Source: Chloroherpetonaceae bacterium
GTDB taxonomy: Bacteria; Bacteroidota; Chlorobiia; Chlorobiales; Thermochlorobacteraceae
NCBI GenBank assembly: GCA_046719715.1
Contig: JBDNCJ010000002.1
Location: 17,646-81,645 of the forward strand
Direction: 5' to 3'
Length of the DNA: 64,000 bases
Part shown: positions 1 to 7,430 of the stretch, in pieces
Position numbering within the stretch: position 1 is the first letter of the stretch
Layout of the letters: each line of letters opens with the position of its first letter
Notes under the pieces: model-generated
The model's input: only the letters and a program-made list of their open reading frames with translations
The model's database searches: none
What the model was told of the DNA's origin: nothing
Program-made: the position numbers and the translations under genes

Positions 1-340
1 GCATGGCGGTGATGCATGATGGAAAGTTAGGTTCAGGATTGGGCGCGTGGGCAATTGCCGCTCGAGTGTCGCACTCACTTGGCGCACGGAATTTTCACTT
101 ACTTGCGCAACGCTCTAATGTGGAAGCGGGCGCACAGTTCATTTCGGCTTGCTACACACAACAATAATTTTTCTACTGCCTTGATTATCTTTTTCTTTGC
201 CGTCGGTCTCGTTATGCTCTATGAGTTGATTCGAAAAATTTCAGGTAGAAAGTAACTCTCCCGGAATGATTGCGGGGAGCGATGTTGCGCTTCGCTCCTC
301 CTTCCTTTTGACTTTCAATTTCTCAATTACTTACACCAAA

Positions 341-403
341 ATCATTTGAAAAGTGTAGCGAAGTGAAGAATCCAAGTAGATTCCTCGCTCTGCTCGGAAT
401 AAC
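341..403. repeat. REP-like palindromic element, copy A of a dispersed family
   Basis: GTGAAGAATCC...GATTCCTCGCTCTGCTCGGAATAAC; the same arms recur at ~21291, ~43724 and ~63572. Confidence 0.65.
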
Positions 404-450
404 CGTGCTGTTTATTCACTTCATACTTAATATCTGTCTTGCTACTTATC

Positions 451-488
451 AACAAAAAAGCGACCCCAATCGAGTCGCTTCTTTGTTG
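451..488 (-). terminator. Rho-independent terminator after lipoprotein gene 514..1287
   Basis: AAGCGAC-loop-GTCGCTT stem flanked by A/T runs, about 25 nt past the stop codon. Confidence 0.6.
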
Positions 489-513
489 TAAATGAACTCA
501 ATCGCAAATGTGC

Positions 514-1287
514 TTATTGAATGTTGACGCTCACGCTTGAAACGGCTTCTCCAACGAGCACGGTTTCTTGATTGTTTGAAAACGTGTAGGTATAGCGCAA
601 GACAATGACAAACCCCGACCCTGCCGAAAGTCCGCTCAGTGCGCTTGACGGAAATGTCGTGCTTGACCCCGATGTGCCTTCTCTTGTAACGGTATTTCCA
701 CGCGAGTCGATGATGAAGACTTGCCAAGTTGTTCCACCAGAGCCGCCCGTCCATGAGACTTGGAAGTTGGCGTTCTTGTTCAGGTTCGCGCCCGTTGCAA
801 GATTGGAGATTGAAACTCGGCTCGGCACGCTGATGGTGTTCGTCGTTAAGTTGTAGCCTTGCACCGTAAATTGCGCGTTGCCTGTGTAGTTGATTCCGAT
901 TGAGGTTGCGCCCGGCGTGATGTTGGCAGGGTTCGGCACAAAGTAAAACGTGCTGCCGTCTTTGGTGAGCGTATGAGTTGTGTTATTCGCTACAACGCTC
1001 ACGCTGGTAGGTGAACCTTGATTAAAACGAGCAACCGCTTGCCCATAATCAATCTCTACATTTGGAATGCCCGGCACACCCGAACTGACCGAATACGCAC
1101 CGCGCACCGCCACTAAAACATTTTGAGGCGTTACACCGCCGAAGCTCGTCGGCACTTGGGGCAACGATGGCGTTCCGCTTCCGCTCCCCGACGGATTGTT
1201 CTCTTCCTTACACCCCGTTACGAGCATGCTCAAAAATATCACAAGAAGCGTCAGCACGAGAGATGTTTCTCTGAAATTTTTGTTCAT
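514..1287 (-). CDS. Hypothetical lipoprotein, beta-rich (Ig/FN3-like)
   Basis: 257-aa ORF; hydrophobic signal ending LVTG-C, followed by KEEN and a Gly/Ser/Pro linker. Confidence 0.75.
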   Translation of the reverse strand: MNKNFRETSLVLTLLVIFLSMLVTGCKEENNPSGSGSGTPSLPQVPTSFGGVTPQNVLVAVRGAYSVSSGVPGIPNVEIDYGQAVARFNQGSPTSVSVVANNTTHTLTKDGSTFYFVPNPANITPGATSIGINYTGNAQFTVQGYNLTTNTISVPSRVSISNLATGANLNKNANFQVSWTGGSGGTTWQVFIIDSRGNTVTREGTSGSSTTFPSSALSGLSAGSGFVIVLRYTYTFSNNQETVLVGEAVSSVSVNIQ

Positions 1288-1407
1288 TGTTGGAAAAAGT
1301 TTTAGTTGAAAAAGTTAATTGAATTGTTTGACGACTATCAGCAGTTGAGAGCCTCAAAAATCGAAAACTGTGCCAGTGCGATTTTCGCCGATTTACCGCA
1401 CTTTCAA

Positions 1408-1437
1408 ACAAAAAAGCGTCTCAATTGTGAGACGCTC
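1408..1437 (-). terminator. Rho-independent terminator after M1 peptidase gene
   Basis: Perfect stem AGCGTCTCA-ATTG-TGAGACGCT with a U-run on the minus strand. Confidence 0.75.
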
Positions 1438-1512
1438 TACTTAGGCTCTTGTCGCACCGTAGCGACAGGCTTATTGAACTGAATTCTTTGGTCGTCGAGG
1501 ATTACGGAACGC

Positions 1513-3621
1513 TTACGGGTTTTTGCCGTCCGCGCTCGATTCGGTTTTATCGGGCTGTTTGTATTTGGGGTCAAAGAGCTTGTTGTTCGCTAAATTCACA
1601 TCGGGCAGTTTTTTATCGGGATCTAATTCCACGCCGACAATTTTCTTTTCTGACCACACGGGCGCAATAAACTCATTACCTCGAAGCCAGATTTCAACGG
1701 GCAGTTTGCGTCGTTCCGTAGAGCCGTCTTCGTAGGTGATTTCCATTTCAACGGGCATGACCATCTCTTTGCGATTGACGAGGAAAATGCGGTTGTAGTA
1801 TTGGTCAAGCGAATCGAGCGTGTGGACGGAATCGACGGATTGGTCAAGTTGCGACGTCGTGTAGAACCAGCCGCGCCAAAACCACGCCAAGTCTTCGCCC
1901 GCTGCGTCGTCCATCGTTCTGAAAAAATCTTCCGGCGAAGGGTGTTTGTATTTCCAACGCCGAATGTATTCTTTGAACGCCGCATCGAAACGCTCTTCAC
2001 CCAAGACGACTTCGCGCAAGGCAACGAGTGCCGCCGCCGTTTTCGCATAAGCATTTTGACCGAGATTGCGAATCGCGTGTGGGTGCGTCATCAACGGTTG
2101 ATGCTCTTCGGAGCGCATATACGGCACAATGTCGCGCGCTTCGCCGCGTCGCGCCTTGCGTTCAGGATACTTTTCTTTTTCGCCGTAGTAGCAGATAAAC
2201 GAGTTCAACCCTTCATCGAGCCACGCATATCGTCGCTCATTATTCTGCACAATCATCGGAAACCACGTGTGCCCGACTTCGTGAAGCGTAACGGCAAAGA
2301 GCCGAAAATCGTTATACCGCTCCCGACAAAAAATCATCATCGGATATTCCATTCCGCCCGGCACCGAGCCATTGACGTTAATCATCGTGTTGTAGGGATA
2401 GGGAAACCATTTCTCGGAAAACTCTTTGAGCGAGAATCGAACATATTGCGTGGATTCTTTCCACATTTGTTGCCCTTCGACGGGGTAGAGCGATTGTGCC
2501 AAAATGCCGTTCCACTGCGCGGCGTCCCAAATGAAGGCGGCTGATGAGGCAAAGGCAAAATCGCGCACGTTGTCGGCTTTGTAGTGCCAGACAAGTTCGC
2601 CCGTTTGTTTCGGGCGTGTCCACGACGCGCCAACTTCATCGCGTCCGATAATCATGACTGTTTCATCGCTTTTAGCGGCTTTGGCTAATCGCTCGCGAAG
2701 CGTTGATGTTAAAACTTCATTCGGATTTTGAAGCGTGCCCGTCGCCAAACAAATGTGATTGGCTGGAACCGTGAGTTTCACATCAAACGAACCGTATTCG
2801 GTGTAGAACTCGCCTGCACCAAGATATTGGTCGGTGTTCCACCCCGAAAGGTCGTCATAAACGCACATTCTTGGATACCATTGCGCAATTTGATATACCC
2901 AGCCTTGCTTGCACTCTTCGCGTCCCATGCGACCTGTAAAGGGAATCGCAAACGACCACTCCATCTCGAGTTGCACCACGCCCCCATTTGGCACAAGTGG
3001 TTCGGGCAAGTCAATGCGCATCATCGTATCGTTGATTTTGAACTTGGCTTTCGATTTTGTCTTCTTTTGTGGCGCGCGTTTTCCTTTTTTGACGGGTTGC
3101 GTTTGCATTGTTATGACTTCGACATCAGTGATGTCCATTCCGCCATCAAATTCAGAAGAGCGGAAGAGCGACGGCTCGGTTGGGTCGTCGGCTTCTTTGA
3201 TAAGACGCGCACGCATTTTCGGATTGGACAGATTTTGGTCGAGCTGAACCCACACATAGTAAAGCGTATCGGGCGAGTTGTTGGTGTAGGTGATCGTTTC
3301 CATTCCAGACAGCACATGTTCAAGGGTGTCAATTTTTGCCGAAATGACATAGTCGGCGCGATTTTGCCAATACTGATGCGACGGCGCGCCCGACCCCGTT
3401 CGATACGGCGAAAGCACCCAATCGAATCGGCGAAACGTGGATTGATTTTCAAATGGCACACGTCTCCCCACAATTTGGATTGGCTCTATGACCGTGTCGG
3501 CAGAAAGTTCAAGGTTCATTTTATCCTCGTCCGTTGCCGTGTTGGACGACGCACATGCGGAAATAACTAAAAAGAAAAGAGCCATGCAGGCTTTTACAAG
3601 CCATTGAGATGTGATTTTCAT
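1513..3621 (-). CDS. M1 family zinc aminopeptidase, lipoprotein
   Basis: GGMEY exopeptidase motif, HEVGH...E (LDEG) zinc motif, lipobox ISA-C. Confidence 0.9.
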   Translation of the reverse strand: MKITSQWLVKACMALFFLVISACASSNTATDEDKMNLELSADTVIEPIQIVGRRVPFENQSTFRRFDWVLSPYRTGSGAPSHQYWQNRADYVISAKIDTLEHVLSGMETITYTNNSPDTLYYVWVQLDQNLSNPKMRARLIKEADDPTEPSLFRSSEFDGGMDITDVEVITMQTQPVKKGKRAPQKKTKSKAKFKINDTMMRIDLPEPLVPNGGVVQLEMEWSFAIPFTGRMGREECKQGWVYQIAQWYPRMCVYDDLSGWNTDQYLGAGEFYTEYGSFDVKLTVPANHICLATGTLQNPNEVLTSTLRERLAKAAKSDETVMIIGRDEVGASWTRPKQTGELVWHYKADNVRDFAFASSAAFIWDAAQWNGILAQSLYPVEGQQMWKESTQYVRFSLKEFSEKWFPYPYNTMINVNGSVPGGMEYPMMIFCRERYNDFRLFAVTLHEVGHTWFPMIVQNNERRYAWLDEGLNSFICYYGEKEKYPERKARRGEARDIVPYMRSEEHQPLMTHPHAIRNLGQNAYAKTAAALVALREVVLGEERFDAAFKEYIRRWKYKHPSPEDFFRTMDDAAGEDLAWFWRGWFYTTSQLDQSVDSVHTLDSLDQYYNRIFLVNRKEMVMPVEMEITYEDGSTERRKLPVEIWLRGNEFIAPVWSEKKIVGVELDPDKKLPDVNLANNKLFDPKYKQPDKTESSADGKNP

Positions 3622-3719
3622 GTAAGTGAATTTTGGAACACAAGAGATTGTTTTAATGAAACCAAAGTTATTGAAATTCGTGTGCTTTTTGTTAAGTTCG
3701 CTTCATCAAAATTGATGTT

Positions 3720-4094
3720 ATGCAAACACGCTTGCTCCATATTTTTCCGATTCTTTTTGCATTCGTGCTTTACACGATTCCGCTTTGCCAATGCGCGGAA
3801 ATGATAAAGGCAAAAGCGGCACCTTCGTGCTGTTCGGCATCAAGCCTAACGGAGTCAGGTGCGCATAAGGCTTGCACCGATGCCACAGAATGCTGCGCTG
3901 ACGGCATCAACGCGGAAAAAATGAAAACTGAAAAATCGTTTGAATCCGCACAAGTTTCGCTTTCTTCTCCTGCGCTGGTTTCAGTTATTGAGTTTCCTTC
4001 GCTTTTTGCTTCTACCCAATCGATTTCCTTTAACAACGCTTTCTCGGTACACTCTCCACCGACACAGGCTTTCTTGCAAGTGTTTTTGATTTAG
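3720..4094 (+). CDS. Cys-rich exported/leader protein with C-terminal SPP motif (DUF2946/HYC_CC_PP-like)
   Basis: 124 aa; N-terminal hydrophobic segment, CQC, CC and CC motifs, ends HSPPTQAFLQVFLI; first gene of a metal-related cluster. Confidence 0.65.
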   Translation: MQTRLLHIFPILFAFVLYTIPLCQCAEMIKAKAAPSCCSASSLTESGAHKACTDATECCADGINAEKMKTEKSFESAQVSLSSPALVSVIEFPSLFASTQSISFNNAFSVHSPPTQAFLQVFLI

Positions 4095-4162
4095 GATTTA
4101 CGGTGTTCTTTCGCTTGTCTGCGCATTGATTTTGAACATCGTAATTCTAAACTCAAACACTT
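4078..4162 (+). promoter_or_regulatory. Long mRNA hairpin linking the end of the leader ORF to the initiation region of the next gene
   Basis: AAGTGTTTTTGATTTAGGATTTACGGTGTTC (4078-4108) pairs, with bulges and wobbles, with GAACATCGTAATTCTAAACTCAAACACTT (4134-4162); the next ATG is at 4170. Confidence 0.6.
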
Positions 4163-4169
4163 TTTCATC

Positions 4170-4343
4170 ATGAAATCCATCATTCTTTTTTCGGCGATTT
4201 TATTCACGTTCAGTTTTGCACCGCAAAAGTCGGAAGTTTCCGAAGCCAAATCGTGCTGTGTGAATGCGTGTTGCACCACCTGCACATGCGGCGAGTGCAC
4301 CTCTTGTGCTACTTGCGCCGAGTGCACTTCGTGCTGTGAATAA
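4170..4343 (+). CDS. Small signal-peptide-bearing Cys-rich (metallothionein-like) peptide, absent from the ORF track
   Basis: Manual translation: MKSIILFSAILFTFSFAPQKSEVSEAKSCCVNACCTTCTCGECTSCATCAECTSCCE*; 57 aa, 12 Cys in residues 29-56. Confidence 0.8.
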   Translation: MKSIILFSAILFTFSFAPQKSEVSEAKSCCVNACCTTCTCGECTSCATCAECTSCCE

Positions 4344-4380
4344 TTCATTTTGAATTTTTCGCGCTGAACTTTATTTCTGC

Positions 4381-4412
4381 GAAAGCCTGTTTCCGAAGCG
4401 AAGCAGGCTTTC
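4381..4412 (+). terminator. Intergenic stem-loop (terminator or mRNA-stabilising hairpin)
   Basis: GAAAGCCTGTTTC-CGAAGC-GAAGCAGGCTTTC between the Cys peptide and YHS genes. Confidence 0.55.
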
Positions 4413-4431
4413 ACTTTAACTCAATCCAAAT

Positions 4432-4716
4432 ATGAAAACGCTTTCCATTTTATCATTGATGATTATCGTTTCACTTTCGGCTTGCCAGAAGAGCGAGCCA
4501 AAGCAAGAAGTTGCAAAACCCATGTTTAACGAAGTGTGTCCGATTTCAGGCGAACCCGTAAGCGCGAAGTCAAAAACGGTTGAACACGAGGGTAAAGTGT
4601 ATGGCTTTTGTTGCAACAGTTGCGAGCCGAAGTTCAAAGCCGACCCCGCCAAGTATTCTGCGAAGGTTAGTGCCGACGGCAAAGCCTTTCTCGGCGAAAA
4701 AGAACCTATGCACTAA
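4432..4716 (+). CDS. YHS-domain lipoprotein (metal-binding)
   Basis: Lipobox LSA-C; CPISG...YGFCCNSC...F..DP.KY YHS/TRASH pattern. Confidence 0.85.
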   Translation: MKTLSILSLMIIVSLSACQKSEPKQEVAKPMFNEVCPISGEPVSAKSKTVEHEGKVYGFCCNSCEPKFKADPAKYSAKVSADGKAFLGEKEPMH

Positions 4717-4730
4717 GTTTCCAAAAATAA

Positions 4731-5507
4731 ATGCTGATGATGACTGAACCCTTATCTCAAACGATTACAGAGTTTGCAGTCAGCGGCATGCACTGTCAAG
4801 GGTGTGTTCAATCGGTTGAATCGGCTCTTTCATCAGTGGAAGGGGTTGAATCGGTAAAGGTTTCACTGTTTCCAGCGAAAGCGGTGCTGGTGCTTAAAGG
4901 TGATGTGCCGCTCTCGACACTCAATCGTGCGTTGAAATCCGTCGGCGATTACACGCTTTCGGAGTGGAAAGGCGATGCCGATTCTGCTTTGCCTTTTTCG
5001 CTTCCTGTTGTCAGTGCGCCGATGACTTCATCGGTTGCGCCAACTTCAAACGCCCCCCGTTCAAAAGCGTTTTGGCTTGATGCGCCGAAGTGGAAACGCG
5101 CCTCGTTTAACACGCTCAACTGCTTGATTGGCTGCTCGATTGGCGATTTTGGATTTATCATTTATGCGCAAAGTGTCGGCTTGGCGTGGTCAATGTGGGC
5201 GATTATGGGCGTCGCGATTCTGTGCGGACTGACGACTTCCGTCATGCTTGAAACCGTGATTCTCAAAGTGCGAGAAGGTTTTTCTTGGTCGCTTGCCTTG
5301 CAGACGGCTTTCTCAATGAGTTTCCTCTCGATGCTTGCGATGGAAATTTCCGAAAATGCAACAGATTACTTGCTCACGGGCGGAACCGTCATGCCGCACG
5401 AGCCTTTCTATTGGATTGCATTGGGAATCGCCCTCATCGCAGGATTCCTTGTGCCGCTTCCCTACAATTATTGGAAACTCAAAAAATTCAACAAGTCTTG
5501 CCACTGA
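4731..5507 (+). CDS. HMA (CopZ-like) domain fused to DUF4396-like membrane domain
   Basis: GMHCQGC heavy-metal-binding motif; TLNCLIGCSIGD and Met-rich TM helices (MSFLSMLAMEI). Confidence 0.85.
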   Translation: MLMMTEPLSQTITEFAVSGMHCQGCVQSVESALSSVEGVESVKVSLFPAKAVLVLKGDVPLSTLNRALKSVGDYTLSEWKGDADSALPFSLPVVSAPMTSSVAPTSNAPRSKAFWLDAPKWKRASFNTLNCLIGCSIGDFGFIIYAQSVGLAWSMWAIMGVAILCGLTTSVMLETVILKVREGFSWSLALQTAFSMSFLSMLAMEISENATDYLLTGGTVMPHEPFYWIALGIALIAGFLVPLPYNYWKLKKFNKSCH

Positions 5508-5733
5508 TGTTCCAGCCATACTTCCGACCGCGCCATTCAGAATGTGAACAGTTATTCTTTTGAATACAGCAAAGCGCATTGATTACTGAAGCCCGATAAT
5601 ACCTTCGCAAAATTTGCGACGCCAAAAGCCGAAACAGCCGATTTCCCCTGTAACGCCTTATTTCATCAGCACTTAAAATTAACGAAAAAAAAATCGAGCG
5701 TCGATTTTCCTTGCATCGCCTAAACGCCCGCCG

Positions 5734-5741
5734 TAACTTTG
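5734..5741 (+). promoter_or_regulatory. Putative -7 promoter element (TAnnTTTG)
   Basis: TAACTTTG with TTG 20 nt upstream, ahead of the 5827 gene. Confidence 0.4.
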
Positions 5742-5826
5742 TTGCGAACTTTGTTCCTTACCAATTTTCAAAAACAAAAGACCCGTTTTCCCACAACGAG
5801 AAAACGCGCCCGAAACAAAATGAAGT

Positions 5827-7245
5827 ATGAAGTATTCTTTTTCCATCACGCGCTTACCTTTCGCACTCTTGCTCCTGCTCACTCTCCACAGTTGCAAAGA
5901 GAACCCGATGAGGTCTATAGAACCTTCGTCTTCAGTTTCCCTCTCTGTTATCTCTGTGTTATCCAACGAGGTATGGCTGAAACTCTCATTCGCGGATAGT
6001 TTAGAGCAACCGCGCGATTTTAGGATTTTGAGAAACGACTCGATTCTCATTCGTGGGTCGCTCTTTAGCAAAGACACGTTGATTGCCGACCGTGCGTTTT
6101 CATCGCCGATATTTCAAGATGGAACGTCGATTCGCCCCAACCGCGACTATACTTTTTCAGCGGTGCGCCTCAATGAACAAACCGGCGTGATTCTCGATAG
6201 CAGCAAAACGCTCCGCACCCGAACCTTGGACACCACCAGCCATGATTATACATGGACAACCACCGCGCTCGGTGAAGGGTCAAGCATCTTGAGAGACGTG
6301 GCGATTGTTAGTGATACATGTGCATACGTTGTTGGACAAATGTTTTTTCGGGATTCCACAGGACAGATAAATCGGGATAAACCCTTTTGTTTCGCAACGT
6401 GGGATGGGCGCCAATGGAGAACATCTCAACTCAGAATATCTGATGGAACTAACACATCAATCGTTCCAGAGTTCAGAGGAATTTTTGCTTTTAGCCCTAC
6501 TGATGTTTGGGTTGCGGCTGTTGGCGTGTGGCGGGTTAATCCGACTACAGGACAAACGCAATCATTTAATGAACTATTGCGATTTAATCCTGCGTTTATC
6601 CTATCTCCTGAACAAAGCATTGAAAAACTTTGGGGAACGGCTCCAAATAATATCTATGGTGTAGGGTTAAAAGGGGCAATCGTTCATTACAACGGTCAGC
6701 GTTGGCAACGCATGGAAAGCGGGACGACGATTGACTTGCGAGATATTTACGGTACACCAGACGGGAAAGAAGTTTGGGCGGTCGGGCATGAAGGCGCGTT
6801 ACCTTTTGGTGTTGTTCTTCGTCTGGAAAATGGACGGTGGGTCAAGAAATTTGATACGTCTTTTCCCAACTATCCCGACGCCGAATTTGCTCAAGCGATT
6901 TGGATGGATAACCATCGCGCCATCTTTTCTAACAGCCGTGCAGTTTGGCAATCACTCGTTTACCCTATCAACAAATTCCCCGGCGCCTATCTCGACGATA
7001 ATAATTTTATAAACAACATCCGCTCGTTGCGCGGCTCTGCGCATAATGATATCACAGCCGTTGGCGACTTTAGTTCGATATGGCATTGGAACGGTTACAA
7101 CTGGCGTTTTTATTCCCAACTTCAACGCGAAAACGATCTTTACCTAGACGTGGCAGTAACCAGCCGTGTTATCGTATCTGTTGGAATACGAAGACTTCCT
7201 TCTTTTAGAAGCGAGGGCTTGATAACCATCGGGCGAAAACCCTAA
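5827..7245 (+). CDS. Hypothetical lipoprotein with beta-propeller-like repeats
   Basis: Lipobox LHS-C-KEN; repeats of the type LWGT..NNIY.VG..G.I.HYNG..W. Confidence 0.75.
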   Translation: MKYSFSITRLPFALLLLLTLHSCKENPMRSIEPSSSVSLSVISVLSNEVWLKLSFADSLEQPRDFRILRNDSILIRGSLFSKDTLIADRAFSSPIFQDGTSIRPNRDYTFSAVRLNEQTGVILDSSKTLRTRTLDTTSHDYTWTTTALGEGSSILRDVAIVSDTCAYVVGQMFFRDSTGQINRDKPFCFATWDGRQWRTSQLRISDGTNTSIVPEFRGIFAFSPTDVWVAAVGVWRVNPTTGQTQSFNELLRFNPAFILSPEQSIEKLWGTAPNNIYGVGLKGAIVHYNGQRWQRMESGTTIDLRDIYGTPDGKEVWAVGHEGALPFGVVLRLENGRWVKKFDTSFPNYPDAEFAQAIWMDNHRAIFSNSRAVWQSLVYPINKFPGAYLDDNNFINNIRSLRGSAHNDITAVGDFSSIWHWNGYNWRFYSQLQRENDLYLDVAVTSRVIVSVGIRRLPSFRSEGLITIGRKP

Positions 7246-7430
7246 CTCAAAAGGAAGTGTGTTTATGACATGAGTAAGAATAAAGAAGCAAGGATTTGGT
7301 TGCCGCCAAACCCTTGCCAAAACACAAACGAAAGCCGTGTGTTTACACAGTCGCATAGTGATGCGAGACGTCATGCTTTTTGTTTGCCGAAAAAGATACC
7401 ATGATTTCTAACAACAAAATGTCTACTCCA

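Noticed and set aside
1-255. Short ORFs at the window start (55..255 and an overlapping frame)
   Set aside because: No recognisable family and the context is cut by the window edge; could be a gene remnant but cannot be supported.
1447-1468. TCTTGTCGC...GCGACAG hairpin resembling the IS ends (possible MITE scar)
   Set aside because: Only about 9 nt match and there is no flanking duplication; compatible with chance or an ordinary 3' UTR hairpin.
1801-3570. Long plus-strand ORFs (247 and 280 aa) opposite the M1 peptidase, and similar antisense ORFs elsewhere
   Set aside because: Antisense shadows of well-supported genes, with no motifs of their own.
4091-4414. Minus-strand 107-aa ORF with His/Gln/Val repeats
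   Set aside because: Antisense shadow of the Cys codons of the 4170-4343 peptide; the plus-strand reading has a signal peptide and fits the operon.
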